Origin: Tubulanus polymorphus | Taxonomy: Eukaryota > Animalia > Nemertea | Reading direction: 5' to 3' | Assembly (NCBI RefSeq): GCF_964204645.1 | Contig: NC_134035.1 | Coordinates: forward strand, 10,386,451 to 10,450,450 | DNA: 64,000 bases | In this document: piece after piece, positions 12,701-24,852 of the stretch | How positions within the stretch are numbered: position 1 is the stretch's first letter | Layout of the letters: every line of letters starts with the position of its first letter | Program-made: the position numbers and the translations under genes | The notes under the pieces: model-generated | What the model saw: only the letters and a program-made list of their open reading frames with translations | What the model was told of the DNA's origin: nothing | Databases searched by the model: none

Positions 12701-15700
12701 CTGATCTCAAGCTGGGTTTCTTCTTATAGTTGAAATTTAGCTGCAATGATTAAAAGAAGATATCCTGTAATGACAAAATATTTCCATAAGAATTAATCGT
12801 AATAATTCCATGTATATCAAGTTACCTTTTATGATTGCTTGGTTCGTTATCGGTGTGGATAATCTAAAGTTGGTGGGTTAATGGGTTCGATTCTGTTGGC
12901 CTCATCTGTGCCCTGTTCCAGTTGGTCGATTTTGGATGAGTAGTTGATCTCAAGCTGGGTTTTTTCGCATAGTTGAAATTTAGCTGCAATGATTAAAAGA
13001 AGATATCCTGTAATGACAAAATATTTCAATAAGAATTAATCGTAAAAATTTCATGTATATCAAGTTACCTTTTATGATTGCTTGTTTCGTTTTCGGCGTG
13101 GATCATCTAAAGTTGGTTGGTTAATGACTTCGATTCTGTTGGCCTCATCTGTTCGCTGTTCCAGTTGGTCGATTTTGGACGAGTAGCTGATCTCAAGTTG
13201 GGTTTCTTCTTATAGTTGAAATTTAGCTGCAATGATCAAAAGAAGATATCCTGTAATGACAAAATATCTCAATAAGAATTAATCGTAATAATTTCATGTA
13301 TATAATTTACCTTTTATGATTGCTGGTTTCATTATCGCGATTATCTTATTAGTTGATTGGTTAATGAGTTCGATCCTAGTTAGCTGTGCGCTGTTCAAGT
13401 TGGTCGATTTTTTACGAGTAGTTGTTCTCAAACTGGGTTTTTTCACATAAATAAAATTTAGCTGCAATGATTAAAAGAAGATATGCTGTGATGACAAAAT
13501 ATTTCAATAAGAATTAATCATAATAATTTCATGTATATCAAGTTACCTTTTATGATTGCTTGTTTCGTTATCGGCGTGGATCATCTAAAGTTGGTTGGTT
13601 AATGACTTCGATTCTGTTGGCCTCAACTGTTCGCTGTTCCAGTTGGTCGATCTTGGACGAATAGCTGATCTCAAGTTGGGTTTCTTCTGATAGTTGAAAT
13701 TTAGCTGCAATGATTAAAAGAAGATATCCTGTAATGACAAAATATTTCAATAAGAATTAATCGTAATAATTTCATGTATATCAAGTTACCTTTTATGATT
13801 GCTGGTTTCGTTATCGGCGTGGATCATCTTAAGTTGGTTGGTTAATAACTTCGATTCTGTTGATTTCATCTGTTCACTGTTCCAGTTGGTCGATTTTGGA
13901 CGAGTAGCTGATCTCAAGCTTGGTTTTTTCTTATAGTTAAAATTTAGCTGCAATGATTAAAAGAAGATATCCCGTCATGACAAAATATTTCAATAAGAAT
14001 TAATCGTAATAATTTCATGTATATCAAGTTACCTTTTATGATTGCTTGTTTCGTTATCGGCGTGGATCATCTAAAGTTGGTTGGTTAATGACTTCGATTC
14101 TGTTGGTTTCATCTGTTCACTGTTCCAGTTGGTCGATTTTGGACGAGTAGCTGATCTCAAGCTGGGTTTCTTCTTATAGTTGAAATTCAGCTGCAATGAT
14201 TAACAGAAGATATCCTGTAATGACAAAATATTTCAATAAGAATTAATCGTAATAATTTCATGCATATCAAGTTACCTTTTATGATTGCTAGTTTCATTAT
14301 CGCGATTATCTTATTAGTTGATTGGTTAATGAGATCGATCCTAGTTAGCTGTGCGCTGTTCAAGTTGGTCGTTTTTTTATGAGTAGTTGTTCTCAAACTG
14401 GGTTTTTTCGCATAGTTGAAATTTAGCTGCAATGATAAAAAAAAGATGATATCCCATAATGACAAAATATTTCAATAAGAATTAATCGTAATAATTTCAT
14501 GTATATCAAGTTACCTTTTATGATTGCTTGTTTCGTTATCGGCGTGGATCATCTTAAGTTGGTTGGTTAATAACTTCGATTCTGTTGGTTTCATCTGTTC
14601 ACTGTTCCAGTTGGTCGATTTTGGACGAGTAGCTGATCTCAAGCTGGGTTTCTTCTTATAGTTGAAATTCAGCTGCAATGATTAACAGAAGATATCCTGT
14701 AATGACAAAATATTTCAATAAGAATTAATCGTAATAATTTCATGCATATCAAGTTACCTTTTATGATTGCTAGTTTCATTATCGCGATTATCTTATTAGT
14801 TGATTGGTTAATGAGTTCGATCCTAGTTAGCTGTGCGTTGTTCAAGTCGGTCGATTTTTTATGATTAGTTGTTCTCAAACTGGGTTTTTTCTCATAGTTG
14901 AAATTTAGCTGCAATGATCAAAAGAAGATATCCCGTAATGACAAAATATTTCAATAAGAATTAATCGTAATAATTTCATGTATATCAAGTTACCTTTTAT
15001 GATTGCTTGTTTCGTTATCGGCGTGGATCATCTAAAGTTGGTTGGTCAATAACTTCGATTCTGTTGGCCTCATCTGTTCGCTGTTCCAGTTGGTCGATTT
15101 TGGACGAGTAGCTGATCTCAAGTTGGGTTTCTTCTTATAGTTGAAATTCAGCTGCAATGATTAACAGAAGACATCCTGTAATGACAAAATATTTCAATAA
15201 GAATTAATCGTAATAATTTCATGCATATCAAGTTACCTTTTATGATTGGTGGTTTCATTATCGCGATTATCTTATTAGTTGATTGGTTAATGAGTTCGAT
15301 CCTAGTTAGCTGTGCGTTGTTCAAGTTGGTCGATTTTTTATGAGTAGTTGTTCTCAAACTGGGTTTTTTCTCATAGTTGAAATTTAGCTGCAATGATCAA
15401 AAGAAGATATCCCGTAATGACAAAATATTTCAATAAGAATTAATCGTAATAATTTCATGTATATCAAGTTACCTTTTATGATTGCTTGGTTCGTTATCGG
15501 GTGGATCATCTAAAGTTGGTTGGTTAATGACTTCGATTCTGTTGGCCTCATCTGTTCGCTGTTCCAGTTGGTCGATTTTGGACGAGCAGCTGATCTCAAG
15601 CTGGGTTTCTTCTTATAGTTGAAATTTAGCTGCAATGATTAAAAGAAGATATCCTGTAATGACAAAATATTTCCATAAGAATTAATCGTAATAATTCCAT

Positions 15701-18700
15701 GTATATCAAGTTACCTTTTATGATTGCTTGGTTCGTTATCGGTGTGGATAATCTAAAGTTGGTGGGTTAATGGGTTCGATTCTGTTGGCCTCATCTGTGC
15801 CCTGTTCCAGAAGGTCGATTTTGGATGAGTAGTTGATCTCAAGCTGGGTTTTTTCGCATAGTTGAAATTTAGCTGCAATGATTAAAAGAAGATATCCTGT
15901 AATGACAAAATATTTCAATAAGAATTAATCGTAAAAATTTCATGTATATCAAGTTACCTTTTATGATTGCTTGTTTCGTTTTCGGCGTGGATCATCTAAA
16001 GTTGGTTGGTTAATGACTTCGATTCTGTTGGCCTCATCTGTTCGCTGTTCCAGTTGGTCGATTTTGGACGAGTAGCTGATCTCAAGTTGGGTTTCTTCTT
16101 ATAGTTGAAATTTAGCTGCAATGATCAAAAGAAGATATCCTGTAATGACAAAATATCTCAATAAGAATTAATCGTAATAATTTCATGTATATAATTTACC
16201 TTTTATGATTGCTGGTTTCATTATCGCGATTATCTTATTAGTTGATTGGTTAATGAGTTCGATCCTAGTTAGCTGTGCGCTGTTCAAGTTGGTCGATTTT
16301 TTACGAGTAGTTGTTCTCAAACTGGGTTTTTTCACATAGTTAAAATTTAGCTGCAATGATTAAAAGAAGATATGCTGTGATGACAAAATATTTCAATAAG
16401 AATTAATCATAATAATTTCATGTATATCAAGTTACCTTTTATGATTGCTTGTTTCGTTATCGGCGTGGATCATCTAAAGTTGGTTGGTTAATGACTTCGA
16501 TTCTGTTGGCCTCAACTGTTCGCTGTTCCAGTTGGTCGATCTTGGACGAATAGCTGATCTCAAGTTGGGTTTCTTCTGATAGTTGAAATTTAGCTGCAAT
16601 GATTAAAAGAAGATATCCTGTAATGACAAAATATTTCAATAAGAATTAATCGTAATAATTTCATGTATATCAAGTTACCTTTTATGATTGCTGGTTTCGT
16701 TATCGGCGTGGATCATCTTAAGTTGGTTGGTTAATAACTTCGATTCTGTTGGTTTCATCTGTTCACTGTTCCAGTTGGTCGATTTTGGACGAGTAGCTGA
16801 TCTCAAGCTTGGTTTTTTCTTATAGTTGAAATTTAGCTGCAATGATTAAAAGAAGATATCCCGTCATGACAAAATATTTCAATAAGAATTAATCGTAATA
16901 ATTTCATGTATATCAAGTTACCTTTTATGATTGCTTGTTTCGTTATCGGCGTGGATCATCTAAAGTTGGTTGGTTAATGACTTCGATTCTGTTGGCCTCA
17001 TCTGTTCGCTGTTCCAGTTGGTCGATTTTGGACGAGTAGCTGATCTCAAGTTGGGTTTCTTCTTATAGTTGAAATTTAGCTGCAGTGATTAAAAGAAGAT
17101 ATCCTGTAATGACAAAATATTTCAATAAGAATTAATCGTAATAATTTCATGTATATCAAGTTACCTTTTAGGATTGCTTGTTTCGTTATCAGCGTGGATC
17201 ATCTAAAGTTGGTTGGTTAAACTTCGATTCTGTTGGCCTCATCTGTTCGCTGTTCCAGTTGGTCGATTTTGGGCGAGTAGCTGATCTCAAGCTGGGTTTC
17301 TTCTTATAGTTGAAATTTAGCTGCAATGATTAACAGAAGATATCCTGTAATGACAAAATATTTCAATTAGAATTAATCGTAATAATTTCATGCATATCAA
17401 GTTACCTTTTATGATTGCTAGTTTCATTATCGCGATTATCTTATTAGCTGATTGGTTAATGAGTTCGATCCTAGTTAGCTGTGCGTTGTTCAAGTTGGTC
17501 GATTTTTTATGAGTAGTTGTTCTCAAACTGGGTTTTTTCTCATAGTTGAAATTTAGCTGCAATGATCAAAAGAAGATATCCCGTAATGACAAAATATTTC
17601 AATAAGAATTAATCGTAATAATTTCATGTATATCAAGTTACCTTTTATGATTGCTTGTTTCGTTATCAGCGTGGATCATCTAAACTTGGTTGGTTAATAA
17701 CTTCGATTCTGTTGGCCTCATCTGTTCGCTGTTCCTGTTGGTCGATTTTGGACGAGTAGCTGATCTCAAGCTGGGTTTCTTCTTATAGTTGAAATTCAGC
17801 TGCAATGATTAACAGAAGATATCCTGTAATGACAAAATATTTCAATTAGAATTAATCGTAATAATTTCATGCATATCAAGTTACCTTTTATGATTGCTAG
17901 TTTCATTATCGCGATTATCTTATGAGCTGATTGGTTAATGAGTTCGATCCTAGTTAGCTGTGCGTTGTTCAAGTTGGTCGATTTTTTATGAGTAGTTGTT
18001 CTCAAACTGGGTTTTTTCTCATAGTTGAAATTTAGCTGCAATGATCAAAAGAAGATATCCCGTAATGACAAAATATTTCAATAAGAATTAATCGTAATAA
18101 TTTCATGTATATCAAGTTACCTTTTATGATTGCTTGTTTCGTTATCAGCGTGGATCATCTAAAGTTGGTTGGTCAATAACTTCGATTCTGTTGGTTTCAT
18201 CTGTTCGCTGTTCCAGTTGGTCGATTTTGGACGAGTAGCTGATCTCAAGCTGGGTTTCTTCTTATAGTTAAAATTTAGCCGCAATGATTAAAAGAAGATA
18301 TCCTGTAATGACAAAATATTTCAATAAGAATTAATCGTAATAATTTCATGTATATCAAGTTACCTTTTATGATTGCTTGTTTCGTTATCGGCGTGGATCA
18401 TCTAAAGTTGGTTGGTTAATGACTTCGATTCTGTTGGCCTCATCTGTTTGCTGTTCCAGTTGGTCGATCTTGGACGAGTAGCTGATCTCAAGTTGGGTTT
18501 CTTCTGATAGTTGAAATTTAGCTGCAATGATTAAAAGAAGATATCCTGTAATGACAAAATATTTCAATAAGAATTAATCGTAATAATTGCATGTATATCA
18601 AGTTACCTTTTATGATTGCTTGTTTCGTTATCGGCGTGGATCATCTAAAGTTGGTTGGTTAATAACTTCGATTCTGTTGGTTTCATCTGTTCGCTGTTCC

Positions 18701-20520
18701 AGTTGGTCGATTTTGGACGAGTAGCTGATCTCAAGCTGGGTTTCTTCTTATAGTTGAAATTCAGCTGCAATGATTAACAGAAGATATCCTGTAATGACAA
18801 AATATTTCAATAAGAATTAATCGTAATAATTTCATGCATATCAAGTTACCTTTTATGATTGCTGGTTTCATTATCGCGATTATCTTATTAGTTGATTGAT
18901 TAAAGAGTTCGATCCTAGTTAGCTGTGCGTTGTTCAAGTTGGTCGATTTTGGACGAGTAGCTGATCTCAAGTTGGGTTTCTTCTTATAGTTGAAATTTAG
19001 CTGCAATGATCAAAAGAAGATATCCTGTAATGACAAAATATTTCAATAAGAATTAATCGTAATAATTTCATGTATATCAAGTTACCTTTTATGATTGCTG
19101 GTTTCATTATCGCGATTATCTTATTAGTTGATTGGTTAATGAGTTCGATCCTAGTTAGCTGTGCGCTGTTCAAGTTGGTCGATTTTTTACGAGAAGTTGT
19201 TCTCAAACTGGGTTTTTTCGCATAGTTAAAATTTAGCTGCAATGATTAAAAGAAGATATGCTGTGATGACAAAATATTTCAATAAGAATTAATCATAATA
19301 ATTTCATGTATATCAAGTTACCTTTTATGATTGCTTGGTTCGTAATCAGCGTGGATCATCTAAAGTTGGTTGGTTAATGACTTCGATTCTGTTGGCCTCA
19401 ACTGTTCGCTGTTCCAGTTGGTCGATTTTGGACGAGTAGCTGATCTCAAGTTTGGTTTCTTCTGATAGTTGAAATTTAGCTGCAATGATTAAAAGAAGAT
19501 ATCCTGTAATGATAAAATATTTCAATAAGAATTAATCGTAATAATTCCATGTATATCAAGTTACCTTTTATGATTGCTTAGTTCGTTATCGGTGTGGATA
19601 ATCTAAAGTTGGTGGGTTAATGGGTTCGATTCTGTTGGCCTCATCTGTGCCCTGTTCCAGTTGGTCGATTTTGGATGAGTAGTTGATCTCAAGCTGGGTT
19701 TTTTCGCATAGTTGAAATTTAGCTGCAATGATTAAAAGATATCCTGTAATGACAAAATATTTCAATAACAATTAATCGTAATAATTCCATGTATATTAAG
19801 TTACCTTTTATGATTAATGGTTTCATTATTGGCGATTATCTTATTAGTTGATTGGTTAATGAGTTCGATTCTAGTTGCCTGTGCGCTGTTCAAGTTGGTT
19901 GATTTTGGATGAGTAGTTGTTCTCAGTTGGGTTTTTTCTCATAGTTGAAATTTAGCTGCAATGATTAAAAGAAGATATCCTGTAATGACAAAATATTTCA
20001 ATAAGAATTAATCGTAATAATTTCATGCATATCAAGTTACCTTTTATGATTGCTGGTTTCATTATCGCGATTATCTTATTAGTTATTTGGTTAATGAGTT
20101 CGATCCTAGTTAGCTGTGCGCTGTTCAAGATGGTCGATTTTTTATGAGTAGTTGTTCTCAAACTGGTTTTTTTCGCATAGTTGAAATTTAGCTGCAATGA
20201 TCAAAAGAAGATATCCCGTAATGACAAAATATTTCATTAAGAATTAATCGTAATAATTTCATGTATATCAAGTTACCTTTTATGATTGCTTGGTTCGTTA
20301 TCGGCGTGGATCATCTAAAGTTGGTTGGTTAATGACTTCGATCCTGTTGCCCTCATCTGTGCGCTGTTCCAGTTGGTCGATTTGGACAAGTAGTTGATCT
20401 CAAGCTTGGTTCTTTTTGATAGCTGAAATTTATCTGCAATAAAAGATATCCTGTAATGACAAAATATTTCATTTAGAATTTATAATAATAATTCCCATAC
20501 ATTTCAAGATTGCTGGGTTC
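741..20520. repeat. Tandem array (satellite) of ~236-243 bp monomers, about 82 copies, two main classes (A ~243 bp, B ~236-237 bp) with higher-order repeats
   Basis: The constant block tagttgaaatttagctgcaatgattaaaagaagatatcctgtaatgacaaaatatttcaataagaattaatcgtaataatttcatgtatatcaagttaccttttatgattgct recurs every ~240 bp. Near-identical short ORFs in the track recur at spacings of 1676, 2889 and 3548 bp. Monomers at both edges are diverged. Confidence 0.98.
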
Positions 20521-20899
20521 AGTATTGGTGACGATCTTCTGAGTTGGTTTGATTCTGCGGGCGATTGGTAGATTTCGTTTTATTGATTTGAGTTGGTGTC
20601 CCTTACAAACCCACCACACCTGCCGGGAGCGAAACAGGTGGTTTTTTTCAAAATCGGAAATCGAAGTACAGATATAGTTGTGTGATCAGCGGTCGAGTTT
20701 AATAATAATTTTCTTTCTTTAAATCCAAGCACATAATTGCGAGACTCGGTTCAGGTTCCTTCAAACAATCTTCCATCCAGTCAGAAAAAGACGGATTGGG
20801 GTTAACTTTTTTTTCTGCCTATTTTAATACATCGAGATTTTGGATATCTATCTTACAAGGTTGAAGATCATTTTGTACATTTTATGACTAGTCGATTAG

Positions 20900-23800
20900 T
20901 AGTTTAGCTAAAAAAAAAAGCAGAATCTTGTGAGCAGAAAAACCTTTGTAATATCACTGATCATAATTAACGTTTCAATTCCCATATAAGATCAGCAATG
21001 TGGACCGATACGTAGATTTTGATAATAGTCAATTATTAAATGATATTTATATGAAATTCAACTCATAATTTTATTCACCTATATTCTAGATATCTAAGCA
21101 ACGGTTGATTATTATAGTTTAACAGCAATTCGATTAAAGCATCTATAGTCATCTTCAGGAATACCAGAGTTACAACAAATTTAGTAATGCATTATAAATC
21201 TTATAAAATTGTTTTTGTACTGTTTTTCTCTTCTACCTTTGTTAATTCTTGATGTTTTTCTTTCTCGGGTGCTAAACACCCAGTAGCCAGTAGGCTTTTA
21301 GTGAAACCCAGGCCCATCATACAGTTAGTAATATTGCCCTATATACATTTTGATTGTCGGCTAAACCATATTCGTATTATCAAATTAACTTCATCGTCAA
21401 TTAATAAACTTCTGTTTTCTAGTACCCACAGATGGTGACATCTGTATCCAGTTAATGGTATTCTAATCCATTTCAGTAATTCTAAATATTGCTCCTAATA
21501 TATACAATGATCTTGTAATCATGATGTTTAAACTGACTGAATAGTGCGCTGCCAGCATTGAGCACACTGATCCTGGATAACATGGTTCTACAGATTTAAG
21601 AAACCTTGAATCATTCCAACGCCTAGACAAATCCAGAATTCTGCAAAGCCTAAAATGATTCAATAAATCCCACGCCTAAGAGACAGAGTTTAAACACACC
21701 CTGTTGTCTTGAGATATCAACCAATTAGATTATACAGTTTTCTTATCAACCCCTACGGTTTAGATTTGAGCACTTACACCTTATATGAAGATGCTAAATT
21801 AATCATCTTAGATACCTAATCACTCAATTTCCTAGCTATAATTTAAAATTGTCTCTGACAATATTTTATACGGGGCTTGATATTTCTACACGACAAGAAT
21901 TTCAGAGCTGGTTTCGATTGATCACTATTTCAAAATGCTTATTTTGCATCAAAGCTTTTGATATCTAGTTTGACAAATACAGAATTCCCCAAAACCTAAC
22001 TGATTCAACAGATCCCACACACATGTCGCCCAGTTATAACGCAGGTGACATTGCACGATACAGTCGTCTCATCCACTGCACTATTTTTTAAATAATTTTC
22101 ACTTATATTCATTACATTGAATTAATTTTAATTAATCTTCTAGATATCTAAGCGATCCGTTAATTAGTAATCATACTAGCTACATTTTAATACTCAGTTG
22201 AACATGGAGCCTGAAAATCTACATGAGTAGAATTTCAGATGTGGTGAATTCATCACTATTATGAATTCAACAGAAATTAAGATAAAAGCACATTTAAGTG
22301 GTAAATTAGAAATTCCCTTAAAGCCGAATTGCTTAATCTTTCCCTTTTATAGTAGTACACTGTGTATAAGGACCGAAAGACCGTGTTATGACCGGACCTC
22401 CCTGGTGCGGTGCAAGACATGATGCTAGAAAATAGTTTGAAGGAGAGGGGTTAGTAAGAGAGCTATTAGCAAGAGTAATAAGACCTAAGTCTAGGATATC
22501 CCGTCAGAATAAGGCTCTCAATCTGACATACACAGTGAAATTGAAATATTCTCCCTTCCAAATTCAGGAATGTATTTGTGCACGTACAGATTTGTTCTCC
22601 CTTCGATCGGAAGTAAATCTGCGTTAAATGATTTTGGCAATATGTATCAAAACTAATACAGCTGTATGAAGACACAATAGGTTCACTAGATACAGATAAA
22701 TAAATGTGATCAGATACACATGTATCAGCTACATTTTAAATGTCCATGGACCTGAATTAAAAACAATTTCACATAAAATATTGAATTTACCTAAAACATA
22801 GATATCTTATAGTAATACATTAATGAGTTATTCACCTTTGATTCTAATTGTCAGTTAAACAATATCTATTATGCGTAACTTGACACACAGTATGGCTTTT
22901 AGATGAATCAGTTAGGTTTAGGTAAATTTTGGCAATTATGAAGAACATGACCAGCACGTCAGTTGGAGATGGAAATACTGATCAGTCGATGAGACTGATT
23001 CAGATGTGCTAGTACATATATCAGCTATATTTAAATTTTCAGTTTTACGACATTTATATTATGGACCTGTATTACATACCGTATAAATAGATTTTGATCT
23101 TAGAAATATTGAATCCATCTTAATTTTGGTTAATGGGCAATTTTTCCTAGCTTTATATGATAATTGTCAGTTAAACAATTATCATAGCGCAAAACAAGGG
23201 ACAGAGTATGGCTTTCGGGAATGATTTGAACCAATTAAAGCTTTGTTTTATTCTAGATTTGTCAAAGTGCTGAGACCTAATCACAGTTTCTAAAAGACCC
23301 GCAGTCCATAGTTTTCCCCATATATATTACACCAGATCTCGATAGAGCCCTAGACACTATTTTATATATCTTTCCCCCAGAAATTCATTAATGCAATGGG
23401 TAAAGCAGAATATAATATATACTGTGAAGTGCCTGAATGTTTATATATGACATATAAATGACATATGTATCAATATATTATTTGTAAAAAAATCTATTAA
23501 CTGACGATAAAGTTTAATTTATATATATCTTAACAAGTAAAGCCAGCCTTTATGTATATGGGGCCCTAAAATATCTACACCAGAAGAATTTTTCATCAAA
23601 CATTATAAAATATTGAATAATTGCTTATATCTAAGCGATTGGTTAATTAGTAAATTGTCTTATCTATATCTTGATTGTCAGTTAAACAATAGTCATATGA
23701 GGCCTGAAATATCTACAGTACATTCGAAAAATTTCAAATGTCACATAAGATATTGAATTTACCTTAATTGTACATACTTACAAAATCGTTTAATCAATAA

Positions 23801-23950
23801 CTGACCAATCTACATTTTAATAATCAGACCAAAGAATATTTAAGGGACCGCACTCAATCGTTTCGTCTAATATTGTAAATATTCAAGCAATCATTGCCTA
23901 GCTATATCTAAATTTACTACCGGCCACAGAGCTTCAATAAAGTAGTGCGG
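20900..23950. repeat. Field of old, degenerate AT-rich repeats
   Basis: Recurring motifs: atatctaagc (~21090, ~22143, ~23627), attgtcagttaaacaat (~22847, ~23163, ~23674), agctacattttaa (~22178, ~22728), atattgaatttacct (~22779, ~23750), agtatggcttt (~22889, ~23205). Confidence 0.6.
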
Positions 23951-24187
23951 AGATGGTGAGCTTGACCAGCGTCTCTATCCTATCCAGGAGTGCCTATGCA
24001 TTTTACTCCAGATATGAAAAATCAACTTAGCTTTATGTATGTATGCATTCCTGTTGCCATGCAGGATGAGGTCAAGACTGCCAGGTTCGGTTGCGGCAGG
24101 TCTTTTAGTGTTTGGTGGTACTTCAAGGTGGAGTCTTTTGTGGGCACTTCTGGTGGGCAGATTTTAGATGGGCCTTTCCGGATTAAC

Positions 24188-24300
24188 CTGAAATGAGTAA
24201 AAGAACGATATTCTGTAGTTACACAATCCTTTCGGTATCACGCATCGTAATTTACATGTGTATCAACTTAACTTTCAATATTGCTGAGTTCAGTGTTCTT
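24188..24300 (-). repeat. Solo diverged copy of the satellite constant block (85-nt intron-like element 24188-24272) plus adjoining exon-like end
   Basis: Plus strand ctgaaatgagtaaaagaacgatattctgtagttacacaat...atcgtaatttacatgtgtatcaacttaac aligns with satellite ctgcaatgattaaaagaagatatcctgtaatgacaaaat...atcgtaataatttcatgtatatcaagttac. Flanking tttcaatattgctgagttcagt matches edge monomer tttcaagattgctgggttcagt (~20502-20523). Confidence 0.85.
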
Positions 24301-24401
24301 TTTTCGGCATCGTCTTCGTTGTAGTCGCCTTCAGCATCTTCTTCTTCATCTTGGGAGTCCTGAAATGAAAAAAAAAAGAGAAGAGCGATGAAAACCTGGT
24401 A

Positions 24402-24850
24402 TGGAACAAAACTAATGTCCGAAAGCTTTTCAGCTCTCCATCGCCGGTCACATGCCGAGAACACCAGACAAAGAGCCAGCCAGGAATATACTGCCCTCTA
24501 CACGCCCTCACACAGAACGCGAAAAACCAGGATGATGACGCCTTACTTTCACCATTTACCGACAGGGTGTGCCGGGTGACGTCAGTAACTGACAAACCTA
24601 TCAAATTGCCCAAGCCAAAAATAGGGCAGCGCAACTGGATTGCCTGCACTAGCACCCAAAGGAAGACAAGACTTAGCCCCGCCCGGAGTAACCCACGCGG
24701 AATCAATGAATACAACACTCAAAGGAAGACAGGGAAATAAATCCCTGCCCGAAGCAATCCCTTAAAAGGAATCAATGAATGCTAGAACGCAAAGGAAGAC
24801 AAGACTAAATCTTTGTCCGAAGCAATTCCTGAAAAGGAATCAATGAATAC
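24402..24850 (+). mobile_element. Degenerate 3' end of an RTE-clade (RTE-X-like) non-LTR retrotransposon ORF plus 3' repeats; inverted second copy at ~24890-25093
   Basis: The composite translation of the two arms, VRK-(R/Q)LSFAGHMxRMPDKEPAR--ALYTPSHGTRKPG---VLGD---QIAQAKNR---IACT, resembles the C-terminal RxLxFxGHxxR...EPA..ALY.P.HG.R.PGR motif of RTE-type ORFs. Recognised from memory, not searched. Confidence 0.65.
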
Positions 24851-24852
24851 TA
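24648..24852. repeat. Three ~66-68 bp direct repeats inside the hairpin loop
   Basis: Unit caaaggaagaca...cc(g)gaagcaat...ggaatcaatgaat occurs three times. Confidence 0.9.

Noticed and set aside
3657-20197. The many 60-92 aa minus-strand ORFs in the array as a tandem gene family
   Set aside because: They mostly start at TTG, run through the intron-like block, and appear or vanish with single substitutions. Spliced versions do not hold a frame.
741-20520. CRISPR-like constant/variable alternation
   Set aside because: Variable parts are homologous variants of two types, not unique spacers. Units are ~240 bp, the context is eukaryotic and there are no cas genes.
22375-22435. HDV-like ribozyme resemblance (accgtg...acctccctggtgcggt)
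   Set aside because: P1/P3-like pairing is possible, but no P2 partner or P1.1 could be found.
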